Positions 13,701 through 25,726 are shown, counted from the first letter of the stretch. The stretch is DNA of 64,000 nucleotides from Phoronis australis (GCA_002633005.1 NMRA01000352.1:412744-476743); one strand, 5' to 3'. The notes: generated from the sequence alone by a model not told the origin. Translations and numbers: made by a program.

Positions 13701-13938
13701 CCAACATGAAGGTAACTTCAATACAGGACAGCAACTTCTTTTCCATTTTCAACCCATCACGTCGTAGTCTTTGTGCAATATCTTTGCTCCTCAAAATATG
13801 ATCCAATAACACGAGTGCGCTCGTCACAGCCATGTTGGAATTCAGCAGAATACAACTGCTACTGGTAATGACAGCACGCGACCCTCGAACCCTGGAATGT
13901 AGTTCCACAACTCCTGTTTCTTTGACGGAGGTGGCCAT
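1656..13938 (-). CDS. TYSND1: Peroxisomal leader peptide-processing protease TYSND1 (spliced, 3' end incomplete)
   Basis: Join of complement 13175-13938, 11947-12101, 9524-9655, 8502-8657, 5487-5614, 4400-4488, 1656-1756. All boundaries are GT-AG with consistent phases. Motifs: TPFGS..FLNSVSRGIVSN, DARCVPGSEGG, APFCWKNKEWIGLSLVC, WGSG..LTCRHVV (His), DLAVL (Asp), HAGMSGGPL (Ser), GATYPHVNMSIP. The terminal exon expected to carry PTS1 was not found in the window. Confidence 0.9.
1860..2260. repeat. 20-bp minisatellite, about 20 copies
   Basis: Consensus TTCAAGCTCGGCCAATATTA in tandem; explains the spurious ORF 2068..2412. Confidence 0.9.
2740..3580 (+). mobile_element. Older, degraded copy of the pearl/HINE-like element
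   Basis: Degenerate units (ccactaggaggtgc near 2746, ccactaggggg near 3156, ccactaggtggcgc near 3314) and a degenerate terminal hairpin near 3545-3577. Confidence 0.55.
4400..4488 (-). CDS. TYSND1: TYSND1 coding exon 6 (catalytic Ser)
   Basis: SSCAVHAGMSGGPLVDEKGSVVGMLVCNT; donor gtaagt. Confidence 0.88.
5487..5614 (-). CDS. TYSND1: TYSND1 coding exon 5
   Basis: GDRVYAVGFSLFDESKRLGASVTSGHVSKV...PVMVQ; donor gtaact. Confidence 0.85.
5905..6804. mobile_element. Mutator/Foldback-like non-autonomous element with ~245-bp TIRs and 9-bp TSD
   Basis: TAGGCAATGACCATCGCCTCTG... is mirrored at the right end; TSD GCGCGCACC at 5896-5904 and 6805-6813; nested in a small TIR element (about 5888-7061). 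Confidence 0.8.
7509..8018. mobile_element. hAT-type MITE
   Basis: TIR CAGGCCTTT...AAAGGCCTG; perfect 8-bp TSD GGTAAAAT (7501-7508 and 8019-8026). Confidence 0.8.
8268..8456 (+). mobile_element. tRNA-derived SINE (degenerate)
   Basis: B-box-like GGTTTGAGTCCC head and body shared with 32487-32692 and 55000-55187. Confidence 0.55.
8502..8657 (-). CDS. TYSND1: TYSND1 coding exon 4 (catalytic Asp)
   Basis: VGFHCPDAGMIWRNSNVLFKSPDSSNIDLAVLQM...; acceptor tttgcag; weak donor gttttt. Confidence 0.75.
9524..9655 (-). CDS. TYSND1: TYSND1 coding exon 3 (catalytic His)
   Basis: IKIGSSWGSGILATDKLVLTCRHVV; acceptor tttccag, donor gtacgt. Confidence 0.85.
9694..11445 (+). mobile_element. Near-complete pearl/HINE-like element with about 11 tandem ~145-bp units
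   Basis: 5' end AACAAGAGCAA..AATGCGCCCAC (subterminal IR), tandem core units, (CGGA)n-like microsatellite at 11368-11410, 3' hairpin ATGCGTCCACATAATGTGGGC. Confidence 0.75.
11947..12101 (-). CDS. TYSND1: TYSND1 coding exon 2
   Basis: GLAGMVIAPFCWKNKEWIGLSLVCSVSSIL...; acceptor tttcag; the donor gtaggg is weak, so the 3' boundary is less certain. Confidence 0.8.
13175..13938 (-). CDS. TYSND1: TYSND1 first coding exon
   Basis: ORF 13171..14025; ATG of MATSVKETG at 13938, upstream acceptor ttttag giving exon start 13954, donor gtaag after 13175. Confidence 0.88.
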
Positions 13939-15715
13939 GATTCTTAAAATATTCCTAAAATCAAAGTATTGATATGCAATTACTAACTGGTGTCTAAAAA
14001 CCAGTGACACTTTAATGACATGCATACACTACACCTTTTGAGAATTCCTTTTCAACAGGTGTAAACAATTCCATTGCAGCTGTATATGCCTCATAATTCC
14101 ACCCACAATCTTTTGAACCTCAGGCCCAGACCAGCAGACATCAAACGTTGAAATCTCAGTGCACATACCCTTCAACACACACAGCAAAAATGATCAATTG
14201 AATGCACGCATTATACGACGACCAACCTTCGGTTGTGGGTATGATGACTGCATGTCCGTGACTGGGGTCTACCGGATGGTATCTGTTTACCACATTTGAT
14301 CAAGTTCAAATCTGTACTCAAAATCTCCAGTTCTTATTGAATAATTTAAATTTTTTAAATTTCTAGTTTGTAGCTTGGTTATAGGGGTCATGTAGACAGG
14401 TCTCCCATCTGTGCTGCTTCCTCGCGTGGAAGACAGATGAACTTCCCACAATTCTTTGTAAATATCAGGAATAATTTCGAGTTTGATTTTGAGTTCTGAG
14501 CTTAGACCCCGTGCATTGAAAATGACTTCTTATAGCAACTCCCAACCACTGGAGCTTAATTATTTAGCCAGCATTGAGCAGGGGGTGGTTTGAATTTCTG
14601 GAACGGTGGATCTTTGATATTTCGCAAAGGCTGACACTGTAGCTTTCAGTAAGGCCCTAGACGCAGCTTAATTAGGGGGAAGGGAAATCTGTTTACACAA
14701 CAATGACTCTCAGCTCTATGTTCCTGAGATGAGATGGAAATGATAATGCTGTGAAGTGTGACGGTTGCTCGTAAAGAATGGGACACAAATTTGGTTATAT
14801 GTAGTATGATCCAGAAAGAGAACGTTCTCGTGTTACCTTCCGCCAAACTTTCAAATCAGGCGTGCTTAAATACATACTCAGACAGAATTTTTTAGTATGA
14901 GAATGACTTGACAGAATTTTTACCTGGTTGTATTTTTGCATGTTAATTACATTGCTGGAAATGAGAACAGCCCACTACTTTAAAGGTTCACTGCTCCGAA
15001 AATATCTAAAATTTCGAACTCAGGTTTCACTTTTGCATGCAAATGTAAATGATACTTCAGTTATTAGAGTGGTGTACCATACCCAATTCAATGTCCAGGT
15101 ACTATTGATTTCATGCGCATACGAAATTGTCTGCATGTCTTACGAATACGGAAAACTAAGTAAAAAGTTCTTGCATTTTTAAAAGGATACCAAACTCTGA
15201 TTTGGCCTATTGACAGATACTAAAATGACTTTCTCATCCAGTTCTCTGAAACAAAATAATACCCTGTAACCATTGACAACCCTCAAAAGTTTGCTGAAAA
15301 AATTGAAAACTCCTTTCAAAGTTTGCTAAATGGGCAAGTGTGATTTGGGCAATGATAACATCGGCAATAATGGTGTAGCAACCATGCACGTTCAATGCCA
15401 ACGAATGATGTAAAGCCTCCTCTAATCGTCTGCACGATCCTGTCATCTGCGCCAACACCACTAGGGCAAAGTTGGGCCTTAGGGCCGGGTAGGACCCGAT
15501 GATTACGTGAAGCGCTTCGAATCACAAGCAAATTCTTCTAACTTAGTTATAATTGTAGTTAGATGCATGAGTACCTGCAACAATTTTGTTGTTGTTGTCC
15601 ATCTACATCTTATCTCTAACGGACAGTTTGAGGCTGAACCTTTTCCATGGCGGGGGGTTCGATCGAACCCCCAGACCCCCCTGGCTACGGGCTTGTCATT
15701 TACTATGCAACAAAG

Positions 15716-16009
15716 AAGGGTGTGTATATATATTTCTTGGTCTCCAGCTGTATTGCAATCTACCGGAAGTCAAGCTATGTTGTCCATCTCTGCCACACAC
15801 GACACTTAATCAACCAGTTCTGCGATTGGATGTTGGCTCATCAATTGGGGTTATCCATTGACAGTGAGTTTGATCCAGACAGCAACCAGTCACAGGACGG
15901 AGGAAATTGATTGACAGTCCTGAGCATGACATACTGGTGAGATGGACAACCCTTGGAGACCTCTGGTAGATAGCTATCAGCTGGAAAGCAAGAAGTAAGT
16001 ACACCCCCT
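15716..16009. mobile_element. Small foldback/MITE
   Basis: About 75-bp imperfect inverted repeat, 15716-15790 versus 15938-16009. Confidence 0.5.
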
Positions 16010-16013
16010 TTAA

Positions 16014-17928
16014 AGGAGAATGCCACTCATACACGGTTGATCTTACCTCGCCGAGAGGTGTCGCGTTAACCAGTGAGGAAGGTGAGAAACGACACAGCGA
16101 CGTCAGTGGTTCTTCTGCAGAGTGAGTGCCGCTATAGTGTAGTGTATCATTCCTGTTTCTACGAACTATGAAGCTGTCAGGAAAGCAGGTATATCGTTTT
16201 TTTCGTTTTCCTCGAGAGCCCATATTGCTTTGAAAGTGTGAAAAGTATACCATTAATACCAAGTATGAGGCCGTGAAACGTCTCTGTGTCTGTCAGTGGG
16301 GCCGGCATTTCGTCGACAGTGATTTCACTGACGATCGAATGCTGGCTTACTAAACAGCTAATGCCAGGGCAGAAAAAGAGACTGAGGCTGAAGACAGATG
16401 TTGTGCCTAGTGTGTTAGCGTTCGGCAGGCAAGAGGCAAATGCGGATCGGTTGTTGATCAGTTTTTTCTTATGGAGAATGGTAGTTAGCCTTGAAAACAA
16501 ATAATAACAATGAATTCAAGGCATGAGAACACATAAAACCTGTTTGATAACTGACTCGTTCGTCAGGCTTCTGTTTGGTCCTGGGTGTAGGAAGTTTTTG
16601 CCAGTTCTTTTTCCCAACCCGAAAAATGTCATAATCAGACCTCTGTTCAGATGCGATGCAAAATCAGGATGGTCCGTGAGACACATCTGTGCTTCTCCAA
16701 GAAGGCATTTCACTTGTGGAATTTCGTGGCAGCAACCGTTAGTCGTTTCCATTATCGTGCAGTTAGCGCACTAACACCATGACAAGTCATTCAAACAGTT
16801 TTCGGAACTATCAATGGGTTCCGCGTGCACGTTCATGGCGCCTCTCTAGCATTTCTTGATCATTGTATTCCGGTTCGAACTGATACCCTGTGAAATCTAA
16901 TATCGACCTGTAAAATCTTCATAGCATGAGGACTCGCCTAAGCCGGGAATGCGAGATGCCACTTCGACTTTTATTATTGTGTGCTCTGTTTCAAAATGAA
17001 TTATTCTCACCCTAACCAATGCTTATATAACTGAAACTGAAACACAGTCTGTCTCATTAGATACATTTTTTAAAATTCAGTTACTGTGTTTGCTGACAGA
17101 TAGCTGTTGTGAAACAATAACACGATTTTATATTCTATTGTCAGATTTTAGGGGAATCTTTATTTAGATATGCATATACACCTTTATTTAGGTATTATAC
17201 ATTATTGGAATCACTGGTACAGTACAACTTTTGCCTTGACGGTTCTGTAGAAGAGTAGCCTTTCTTCGCTGCCCCCCACAAGCTAGTAAGTACGTCGCAA
17301 GTTTCATGGCTAATTCATCAAAATAATCACATGCAATAATTTCTTTGGCTAAGATAGTCTTTTCGTGACTGGAAGTTTAGTTTCCAACATCGGCTGGTTT
17401 ATGTTCGCGATGTCTTCAGAACAGCCGCGACCGGCCTGGCCGCGATCGGGTTCCGAGCCACTGGCATGATAACAAGTGTCTTGTGTTTAGAACTGAAAAA
17501 ACATCGTAAGTCTAAAATTACAACACACAGCTATGGTCTCCTGTCTGTATTTCAAGTCACCGAATAGACCCCAAACTCCCGCGACCGACCTTGGTAAATT
17601 TTCCGGCTACCGAACTTTTGGTACGTTCAAATACCTATAAATCTGTAACAGTGAAATAAAACAACACATTTGTTCGATAACTCGATGCATTTGTAAGGGA
17701 TTTACATCAAATTTTGATGATTTATTGGTGTAAAACGATGAGTTCAAGCGATAAACAGACACCAGTAAGCGTGTTGTGAACTGCTGAGCAGACTGCGTTC
17801 GAACCTCTGACGTCATTGGTTAATCAACACCTCAGTCTGCCGTCAGGAGTCAGGTAAAAGAACTGTATTTGCTGTTATCGAGTGGAACTACATGATCTAA
17901 ACTGATATTTTTTGACTGGCATTCTCCT
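16014..17928. mobile_element. Kolobok DNA transposon, internally deleted and decayed
   Basis: TTAA TSD on both sides (16010-16013, 17929-17932); 16-bp TIR AGGAGAATGCCA(C/G)TCA; THAP-tail-like RLRLKTDVVPSV on +; KolX/P2X7-ballast-like remnant on -. Confidence 0.75.
16555..16895 (-). pseudogene. KolX / P2X7 cytoplasmic-ballast-like cysteine-rich domain, disrupted
   Basis: GYQFEPEY, then a frameshift, then WC*CANCTIMETTNGCCHEIP..CLTDHPDFASHLNRGL with an in-frame TAG inside WCxC. Confidence 0.65.
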
Positions 17929-17981
17929 TTAATACACAGAATCCATGGCTTCCATGCAGCTGAGCATGAGCAGCATGTAGC

Positions 17982-18044
17982 CACAGGCGTCCTCAGCTTC
18001 TGATACACTACATTGGGGACGATCAGAAGCTGAGGACGCCTGTG
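17982..18044. mobile_element. 63-bp hairpin mini-MITE (hAT-like)
   Basis: CACAGGCGTCCTCAGCTTCTGAT...ATCAGAAGCTGAGGACGCCTGTG; perfect 8-bp TSD CATGTAGC. Confidence 0.8.
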
Positions 18045-18426
18045 CATGTAGCTTAGGAATTACATCGCCCTAGATGCCGCAGGAACCGAGCCGAGATTAC
18101 CAGACCCGGGGATCGACCAGCGGCCCCCATAAAACCGGCAAGCGTGCTAACTATTCTGCTAACAGGCGTTAGCGAGTAGCTAACAGAGGCTCATGTGATT
18201 CACCGGAAGCACATCTACAACACTGCCAATCCCATTGCACTCTACGGAGATCTGTAACAAAATAGTTAAGTTAGTAAAGTGAAAACTGAGCACTTGATTT
18301 ATGCCATCAGTGAAAGCCTCGATCGTCCTATGTTCATTGTTTATAATAAATCTTAGAATTTGTAAATCTACTCTGTTCCATTTGCAGAACTGCATCAATG
18401 TGTGCTATCGATTGACCTCTTCTTAC

Positions 18427-18500
18427 CGATGCAATATCACTGTTTTTCTACGGAATCGGTCGTTGATGTTTTGCGGTGTCCGCCATGTTGACAGCATGAA
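18427..18500 (-). promoter_or_regulatory. Candidate TYSND1 5' non-coding first exon / promoter
   Basis: CpG-containing segment with an AACATGGCGG (YY1-like) motif, followed by donor gtaaga at 18426; a second exon-like segment at 18204-18251. Inference only. Confidence 0.3.
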
Positions 18501-19679
18501 CTTCATACGCTGACCTTTGACTCCAGCAGGCCAAAATAGAGTTCTACGCTAGGACTTTGCTGAAAAACGAAACTTCGCCAAAACCTAACAAAATCACGTG
18601 TTCTCATTCAAAACACATGACAATATCTTGCGAAGTTTTGCTTTTCATTGAGGTCGTAGCATTACTGAAAACTACCTGTTCATTTGACTTTTTTCATTTG
18701 ATTTGTGTCAACCATTAAATGTAGGCTACCTTAATTATCATAGTTTCCCCCGTTATTGCACCGGTGGTTTATATTGTAATCCCTAGGTATTTGTCCCCTG
18801 TACATGTACGCATTTTACATAGATTTTGTTGATATTCAACACAGGTTGATGTTTCGCTCATGTAAACTGTTGAAATGAATAAGTTATTTTTGACTAACCA
18901 CTGACATGAGGGTGGCTTCCATTTAAGTGTCCCCCTTAGGCTTCAGTAGCCTTTCGAAAGACTCCTTGTCTTGTTTTGATATTTCTAAAGTAATCAATGA
19001 CTATAGGCTATATACATAGTAGTCTTAAAACCTTAGTTTTGTTGTTTACCTTTGGCTAGTACTACAAGTCCCACTCTTGTCACGCGCTTATTCATGAGTA
19101 GACGGCTAATCAAGGTCCATATTCGAGAGTTGACTGTGTTACGGCTTAAAATAAATTGTTTTGGTCACTTACCAAATGCCAACTGAATCTCATATGCAAA
19201 AAAAAAATGTTTAGCTGTGCAAATTAAAAAAGAATCATCAAAATCGAACAATGTTTGAGACTGTTTTTGTCTATGAATTTCATGCGTTTTTAGCGTTACG
19301 AGTGGCCATTTTGAAATTTATAATTTTCAACTGTCAACAATAGAAAAGAAATTTATTTTATTAAGTAAGCAATTGCTTAGATATGACTGGGAATAACTTG
19401 AGTCACTTTCAGAATCACTTAGACAAAGTTGTGCTGAATCATTGAGAAATGGTAGGGTTCATCATGAAACAGGCACTAGTTACGAAATTTGTAAATTCTG
19501 TGTTTCAAACCCTCACCTACTGTAAAGAAGGTTGAAAATTGAAGTTCACACTTTGTAGCAAAAAAGAACTGCAGAATATGTTAGCCTAGGCAACACAGCA
19601 AATTATTCAATATCTAAACAAACCAAAAATTTGGATAGTGACTGACTTCTGCTATGTTGAAAATGGGCCAAAAAGGCTA

Positions 19680-21135
19680 ACAAAATGTAGTGTACGTACC
19701 CCCGGAATTCAATAACACAAATGCTTATTGCAAATGAAATTATTGCCTTTTAAATGACAACATGGTGCTTAGTATTATCACCAAAGAAAAATAAATGGCC
19801 ATACAACGTTATGTTCCCAAGTGATGCAGAATTCATGATGTAGCCATGTACCCCCTTTTGTAGTGTACGTACCGGCCCCCATGTTTACAAATGCCATGAA
19901 ACTAAAATATCACTTGGTAAGTGAGCAACGTGATCATAGACAGTTTCCTTCCTTAAAAATGTTAGGTTAAAAGAGTGTTTATTTGAGTGAAATATTAGCA
20001 TTTTTGTAGTGTACGTACCCCCATATTTTAATTTATGCCTATTTTCAAAGTATGGCAGATATGCACATGAATGCTGTGCTTTTATTTTTTCTCTTTGAAC
20101 AGATTTATTAAATCAACTAACTCTCAGTAGATTCTTAGTATTTAGTTACAAACCTGACATGTCATTGAAATGTAGTCGGTACGTACCCCTGTGTAGTGTA
20201 CGTACCCCCATGTGAAAAAATACCATGAAACAAAAATATTATACGGTAAGTATGCAACACTTGTCACAGACAGTTTCCCTCCGTTAAAATGCTAGGTTAT
20301 AAGGGTGTTAATTACAAATGTTTTGAGGGAAATATTTAGCATTTGTGTAGTGTACGTACCCCTATATTTTAGCATGTGCCTGTTTTCAAAGAATGACAGA
20401 CAGATATACACATTTATGCTCTGGTACTTTTTATTTGTTCTCTTTGAATAGATTTGGTAAATGAACTAACTCTCAGTAGATTTTAAGTATTTTTTTATAA
20501 ACCTGACAAGTCATTGAAATATAGTGTACGTTCCCCTGTGTAGTGTACGTACCTCCAACCTCTGTGCTATAAAGTATTGCCCACAAGTTAGTATTTTTAC
20601 ACACTGCTGTTCACATGCACAATACTGATATTTCCACTATGCATCCAGTTTGACAAAAACAATGGACATTATTAAATATGTGGGCAATAAAATGCCACAC
20701 AGGACTTGGCTAGTAACATCCTAGAAGACACGTCATGTGGCAACTAATGTTGCTGAGACAGGTTCTCTCTCTCTCTCTCAAGACAACTTGCAACAAAACA
20801 ACTAGTAGAGGCAGCACAAAACTCGAGATCATCCCATACATTTGTAACTTAGTCAAAAATTGACGTTGATTGACTGTGCGTAGTGTACGTACCCCCCAAC
20901 CAGTACCATTTTTACTGTTTACAAGTTGACCACTGGATCTAGCATTGCTTTAACTATTTTGACCAACTGATTCGTGTGACTAGACAAATAGCACCAATAA
21001 AGTTTTTGGAAAAAGTAGTTACTTGTCATTTTCTTTTTGTAAGAATCGTATTGCAAGAGAAGAAGTTCTCATTATACTGTGTTAAGATATGCAATGTATC
21101 ATCATCTAGAACAACTGACTTGATCAGCACGGTAG
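19680..21135. repeat. Decayed repeat with recurrent TGTAGTGTACGTACCCC motif and ~340-bp direct duplication
   Basis: Motif near 19686, 19860, 20005, 20171/20193, 20346, 20521/20539, 20880; 19860-20190 duplicated at 20190-20550; TIR-like end CAGCACGGTA near 21135. Confidence 0.55.
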
Positions 21136-21939
21136 TAATCACTTTGGTATATGATACGTAGGGAACCGCTCCCCCCCCCCANCCCCCCCCTTGGCTGCCG
21201 CAAAAAATAAAACAGTAAGAGTGTGGGAAATGTTGAGTTTATTAATTAACCCCTGTAATTAAAATTATGCGGGTGAAAAAAGATATAAATGTGTGCAGCT
21301 TTAGTGTTGGGGGCTACCGGCAGAAGCGCTGCGCACTACGACTCCGTTTCCGTCGTCTGCTCCACTGTGCAATGAAGAAAATTTACTTCATTTTTTAAAG
21401 AAAATGGAACCCGAGTGACGATGAAAAAACAGAAGCTGCTGGTAAGATGTGAATTTTAATCGAAGCCTGAGTGAATTACTCAGAAACTCGCAATACTCTC
21501 TTTGTCAAACCTTATCTTAAGACAATTCCCAAAGCAATCCAGTCATTATTGCCAACACGAAAAACGGATTTTGTTTGGTGTTTGGGCATTTGAAGACTAT
21601 TTTAAATACGACAAATTTGTTAAGAATTGATGGCACAAAATATAAAACGTGTAATAAGCATTACAAAAAGAAGTAGGTTTCGAGCGCAAACGCTGTGGAC
21701 CATAAACAAGTAGATCTCTTAGTATGAGATTAGTGGTTAAATCGTGGTGGTGTGGCGGTAACGCACGCGCGCTCTATCTGCCAGGTAGTGAGTTTAAGTC
21801 TTTGGTACTTGCAGGTTTTCCTGTTTGACACGTTCTCCGTGCTTTTTTGCCTTTTTTCTTGGATAACACTTCAGGAATTGAAGAAAATGCCTGATTTTTA
21901 GAGGTAAAAACAAAAAAATTTCCTGGGTATGAACTGATA

Positions 21940-22440
21940 GTTGTTTTCAAACCCCTTCGGAAACTTTCCAATATGCTGTGTAAACTGAAGTCACCCATCC
22001 CTTTATTGAACAAGAGCAATGTTGTTGAATGTGACATCTGTGAGGAATTCTATATAGGACTCACACAGAGACGCTACTGTGACAGGTTGAAAGAACATCA
22101 CACCTCAGAGAAAAGTAATATATTTTAGCTTTGTATTAGCTACAATCACCAAGCCCACTCTGTTAGTATTATCTGCATAGAACCTAATAAGGAGTTACTG
22201 TACATTAAAGAGTCATTGGCCATTCAGAACCAGCATGCCACTGAGTATCTGAATAACATACAGAGCTCTGTGACCCTGCAGCTATGGTGATGACCAGCTA
22301 CTGACCATATTCTTTGTATCTCTCACTTCACTCTATGGATGTTACCTGAGCTCTATGTTGGCACTTGTTGTCCTAAATTGTTGTAAATATGATCCTGATG
22401 ATGTGTAATGAAAAGACGAAACGTTGAATTGAACATGAAC
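21940..22440 (+). mobile_element. Penelope-like retroelement 3' remnant (GIY-YIG endonuclease plus hammerhead-like motif)
   Basis: KSNVVECDICEEFYIGLTQRRYCDRLKEH...LYIKESLAI....LN with a stop; followed by CTGATGA..GAAAC at 22395-22422. Confidence 0.7.
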
Positions 22441-23830
22441 TTTTTTATTTGTGCGGCGATCGTCCGGTTGTTGGATTTATAATGCCCTTTAACTTTTTGA
22501 TCATGTTCAGTCTATGCGCCCCGGGTTTTAAATTGCCTCTTGTCGAAATTTCGTCCCATTGCTGAAGACAGTCCCCCCCCCGTGAACAACTTGACTTCGT
22601 TGAGGAAGTCACGGAACATTAGAGCACCGAGACAGGAAAGTAATCTGCAAGTAATTTCCAATCCCCATCGCGGACCAACAACTCAAGACATTTGGGGGAA
22701 GTGGGCGGACGACTGAACGAACAGTCGGGCAAATCTTCAATCCATATTTTTACACCCCGCACGAGGGTAGCCACTTGGCATCCGGACTCCGCAGAAATAA
22801 AAAAATAGAAATTTCTGGTTAATTGTCTTGATAATTTCCGTGTTGATTACATTTCTCTGATGAGAAACTTTTCATTATTCATGGCACAATAGTATGCTAC
22901 ATGGAAGACTCTGCAAAAAGGCCCGCATTAATATACCACCACGACTCAATGCAGTCAACCCGTGTAACATTTACCAAAATCGGCTTTCTAAAAGGTTCCT
23001 TGTAACTGAAGATCGCCGTTACTACGTAAACGAAATAATGCCATACAATGAAGTTCGAACGGAACTTGTACACGCGGGCAAACGACATAAACCACCTTTG
23101 TCGTATCGCCACTCGACTACAGTTTCAAAACAATGGGATGTATGATAATACATGTATATTGTACACGAAAAGACACTGTATTTCAATAATTAGAAAAAAT
23201 ATATTAAATCTTAGACAGCTACATTGCAGTTTCATGCCACAATAACTACAGCTTTAATTCCTTGGAGGACCCAGTATATAAAGTCTTGACCAAGCGTAAT
23301 TCAACCCCCAACAGTCTTATAATGCAGATTCATGATTGCAAGGCAAGTAGATATTGCATTTAAGTCCTTGACAAAACAATGGCACGGATAATTGGTGATG
23401 GTCGGATATAACATGCCCGGAATTTGAGAACCAGTTTCCTCCACTGAATAGCAGGCATCAAACTGGTTCTCAAAATATGGGTACTTTATATCCGACTATT
23501 GCCCAAGTAGTCTGCATTCAACAGAAGACATGCTATTAGAGAAATTTTGTGACATACAGTGGCCAAAGAATCGAGATGAACCTTTTAAAAAAAGACGCTA
23601 AGCAGATCTGCTATGAAAAATTCCGAGACTGTCCGTGTGGAGTGTTGTAGCAACTCCTATTTGTCTGAAAATTGATAAAATGTCGAAAGCTGAGTCCACA
23701 TTGCACAGTACCTCATCAAACACATAACAGGGGAATTGCACAGAAAACAGTACTAGGTTCAAAGTAGAAGTGCCAGCCGTTTCGAGGAAAGCAAACTCCC
23801 TCCTCCGAGGAGTGCACAGACGTTCTCAAT

Positions 23831-23900
23831 AACAAAATTCGTTTCTCATGAACAAAATTCCTTTCACATGAACACAATTCCTTTCTCGCGAGCATAATTT
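23831..23900. repeat. Short 20-bp tandem repeat (about 3.5 copies)
   Basis: AACAAAATTC(G/C)TTTC(T/A)CATG units. Confidence 0.6.
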
Positions 23901-25340
23901 ACTTTTTCTCCATGCACCATAATTGTGGTTACAAACACCTTTTATGTTAAAAGTATGTCTGTAAGAACACAACTTCAATAAATCAGCTCATGAGCAAAAC
24001 TGAATTCACACGAACTAAGTGCATTAAAGAGAGCACTGAGTGTGGCCCATAGGGGAGAAATAAGGACTACACTGCATTTGAAAACACTCCAAATCACCAC
24101 ATCCTTCCAACTCAGCACCCATGACGCTTGAAAAAGAGCGATTCAAGACCTGTATATTGGTAGTTGGATAACATTTTGCAACAATAGCAGTTGATTCATT
24201 ACATTGCAACATCTAGCAAGATTAAATACAGATACTTTGTTTAATTTCTTTGTCCACAGCGAACTATTTATGGCAAAAAGAAAAAAAAAGGCAAGGGACT
24301 GATATAATGGATGGGTGTAGTTGAATCCTGTTAAAACAAACACTTCAAGGACTTAACTAAAACATTCATAGCAATGGAAGTTCTCTAACCTAAGCACTTT
24401 CCATGTAAAAAACTTGACTTGGAACTTGTGGAATGAAACATTGTAGAGAGCGTACACTATAAATCAGGGTTCATTTTGTCAAAGTTTCCAAGTCCAGTCC
24501 TAGCTAAGATGGTCGATGGTACATTATTGCAAACTAGACTGCATTTTTTAGAAAAATACAGTGTGATGTTGCATCTTAAATTCAGTAGATATTTTTTGTT
24601 ATTGTATGATTAGCAGTCTGAAAACAAAAAATGTTAGCATATTAACCTCACATAATATTCAAATATCTTAACGAGTCGCGTTAATAAACTATGTCTGAAT
24701 TAATATCAAAGTTACGACCATATTATTTAAGACTGGACTTACAAACTAAAAAAAAAAACGCGAGATTGTCGCAACTTAACTAGACAGAACCTGACCTGAA
24801 AGGAGAAGTGGACAGTGGCGAACACAGTATTCACAGACACAAAAATTGAGCGACGTCACTTCCTATTCTGGCTAGGCAACTTCAATTTGCTCCTTGAAAA
24901 CTCAAGAACTTGGAAAGAAACCTCAAATTAGAATGTATCCCAAGTACGCTCTGCAGAGGGTTAGGGAAAATGCGGCTACTTAAAACCGGCAAAAAATTTA
25001 ATAGCCAAACCTGAATCAGAGAAAAGGGGCAAATCACACATTTTGAAATGTCGATAACATTACAAATGGCCCTTTTCAGGATTAATGACACACGATGTCA
25101 AGTCTTTGGTAATCATACAAAAATAAAAATTTAAAGATCAATACAAATATTACACCATTTCAGTCAATGTTTCACTTTGTTCAACGAGCGTCGTCCTTAA
25201 GTAACGGTGGCTGTAAATTCGCCTTCTACAAAACTCAAATTTTGATTCAGACTGCTTTACCAATATGAAGCTGGACACAAACTGTTCCTTAGTCAAAATA
25301 AATGTGACTTATGGACTAGGAAAGAACCAACGGTTGGTTA

Positions 25341-25475
25341 CAGAGGCGGATCCAGGATTTTTAATTAGGCGGGGCATGGGCAAAATATTAGCCAGGATTT
25401 TGCCGTCAGACATTCACACCCCAAGTGGAATCTGGGAGTTTCAGGGGGCCATGGCCCTCTCTAAATCCGCCACTG
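25341..25475. mobile_element. MITE CAG(A/G)GGCGGATCCAGG...AAATCCGCCA(C/A)TG
   Basis: TIRs; flanks GGTTA/GATTA form a 5-bp TSD with one mismatch; sister copy at 31422-31574. Confidence 0.7.
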
Positions 25476-25726
25476 GATTATTGCACAAGTTGACACGTCA
25501 CTGTGTGTCAATTTATGCACCAGTACGTTCTCAAGCAATAGCGACACATCAATGTTTGCAAAACCAAAGCTCACTTCCTATCTGAGTAAGGAACAAGTCC
25601 AGGTTAATTTCATACCAGTACTAGTCTAAATCAAAAGTCAAGTTTCGTAACTGAACACAGATTTATTTTCGTTTCAAAATTCATAATTGCCTATAGGGCA
25701 CTACAGCAATAGCCGGATATAATATG

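Noticed and set aside
14980-15060. TTAAAGG Kolobok-like terminus
   Set aside because: No partner TIR found, so no element boundaries can be supported.
18060-18180. tRNA-like sequence on the minus strand
   Set aside because: A/B boxes and cloverleaf are too degenerate for a tRNA gene; at most a SINE head.
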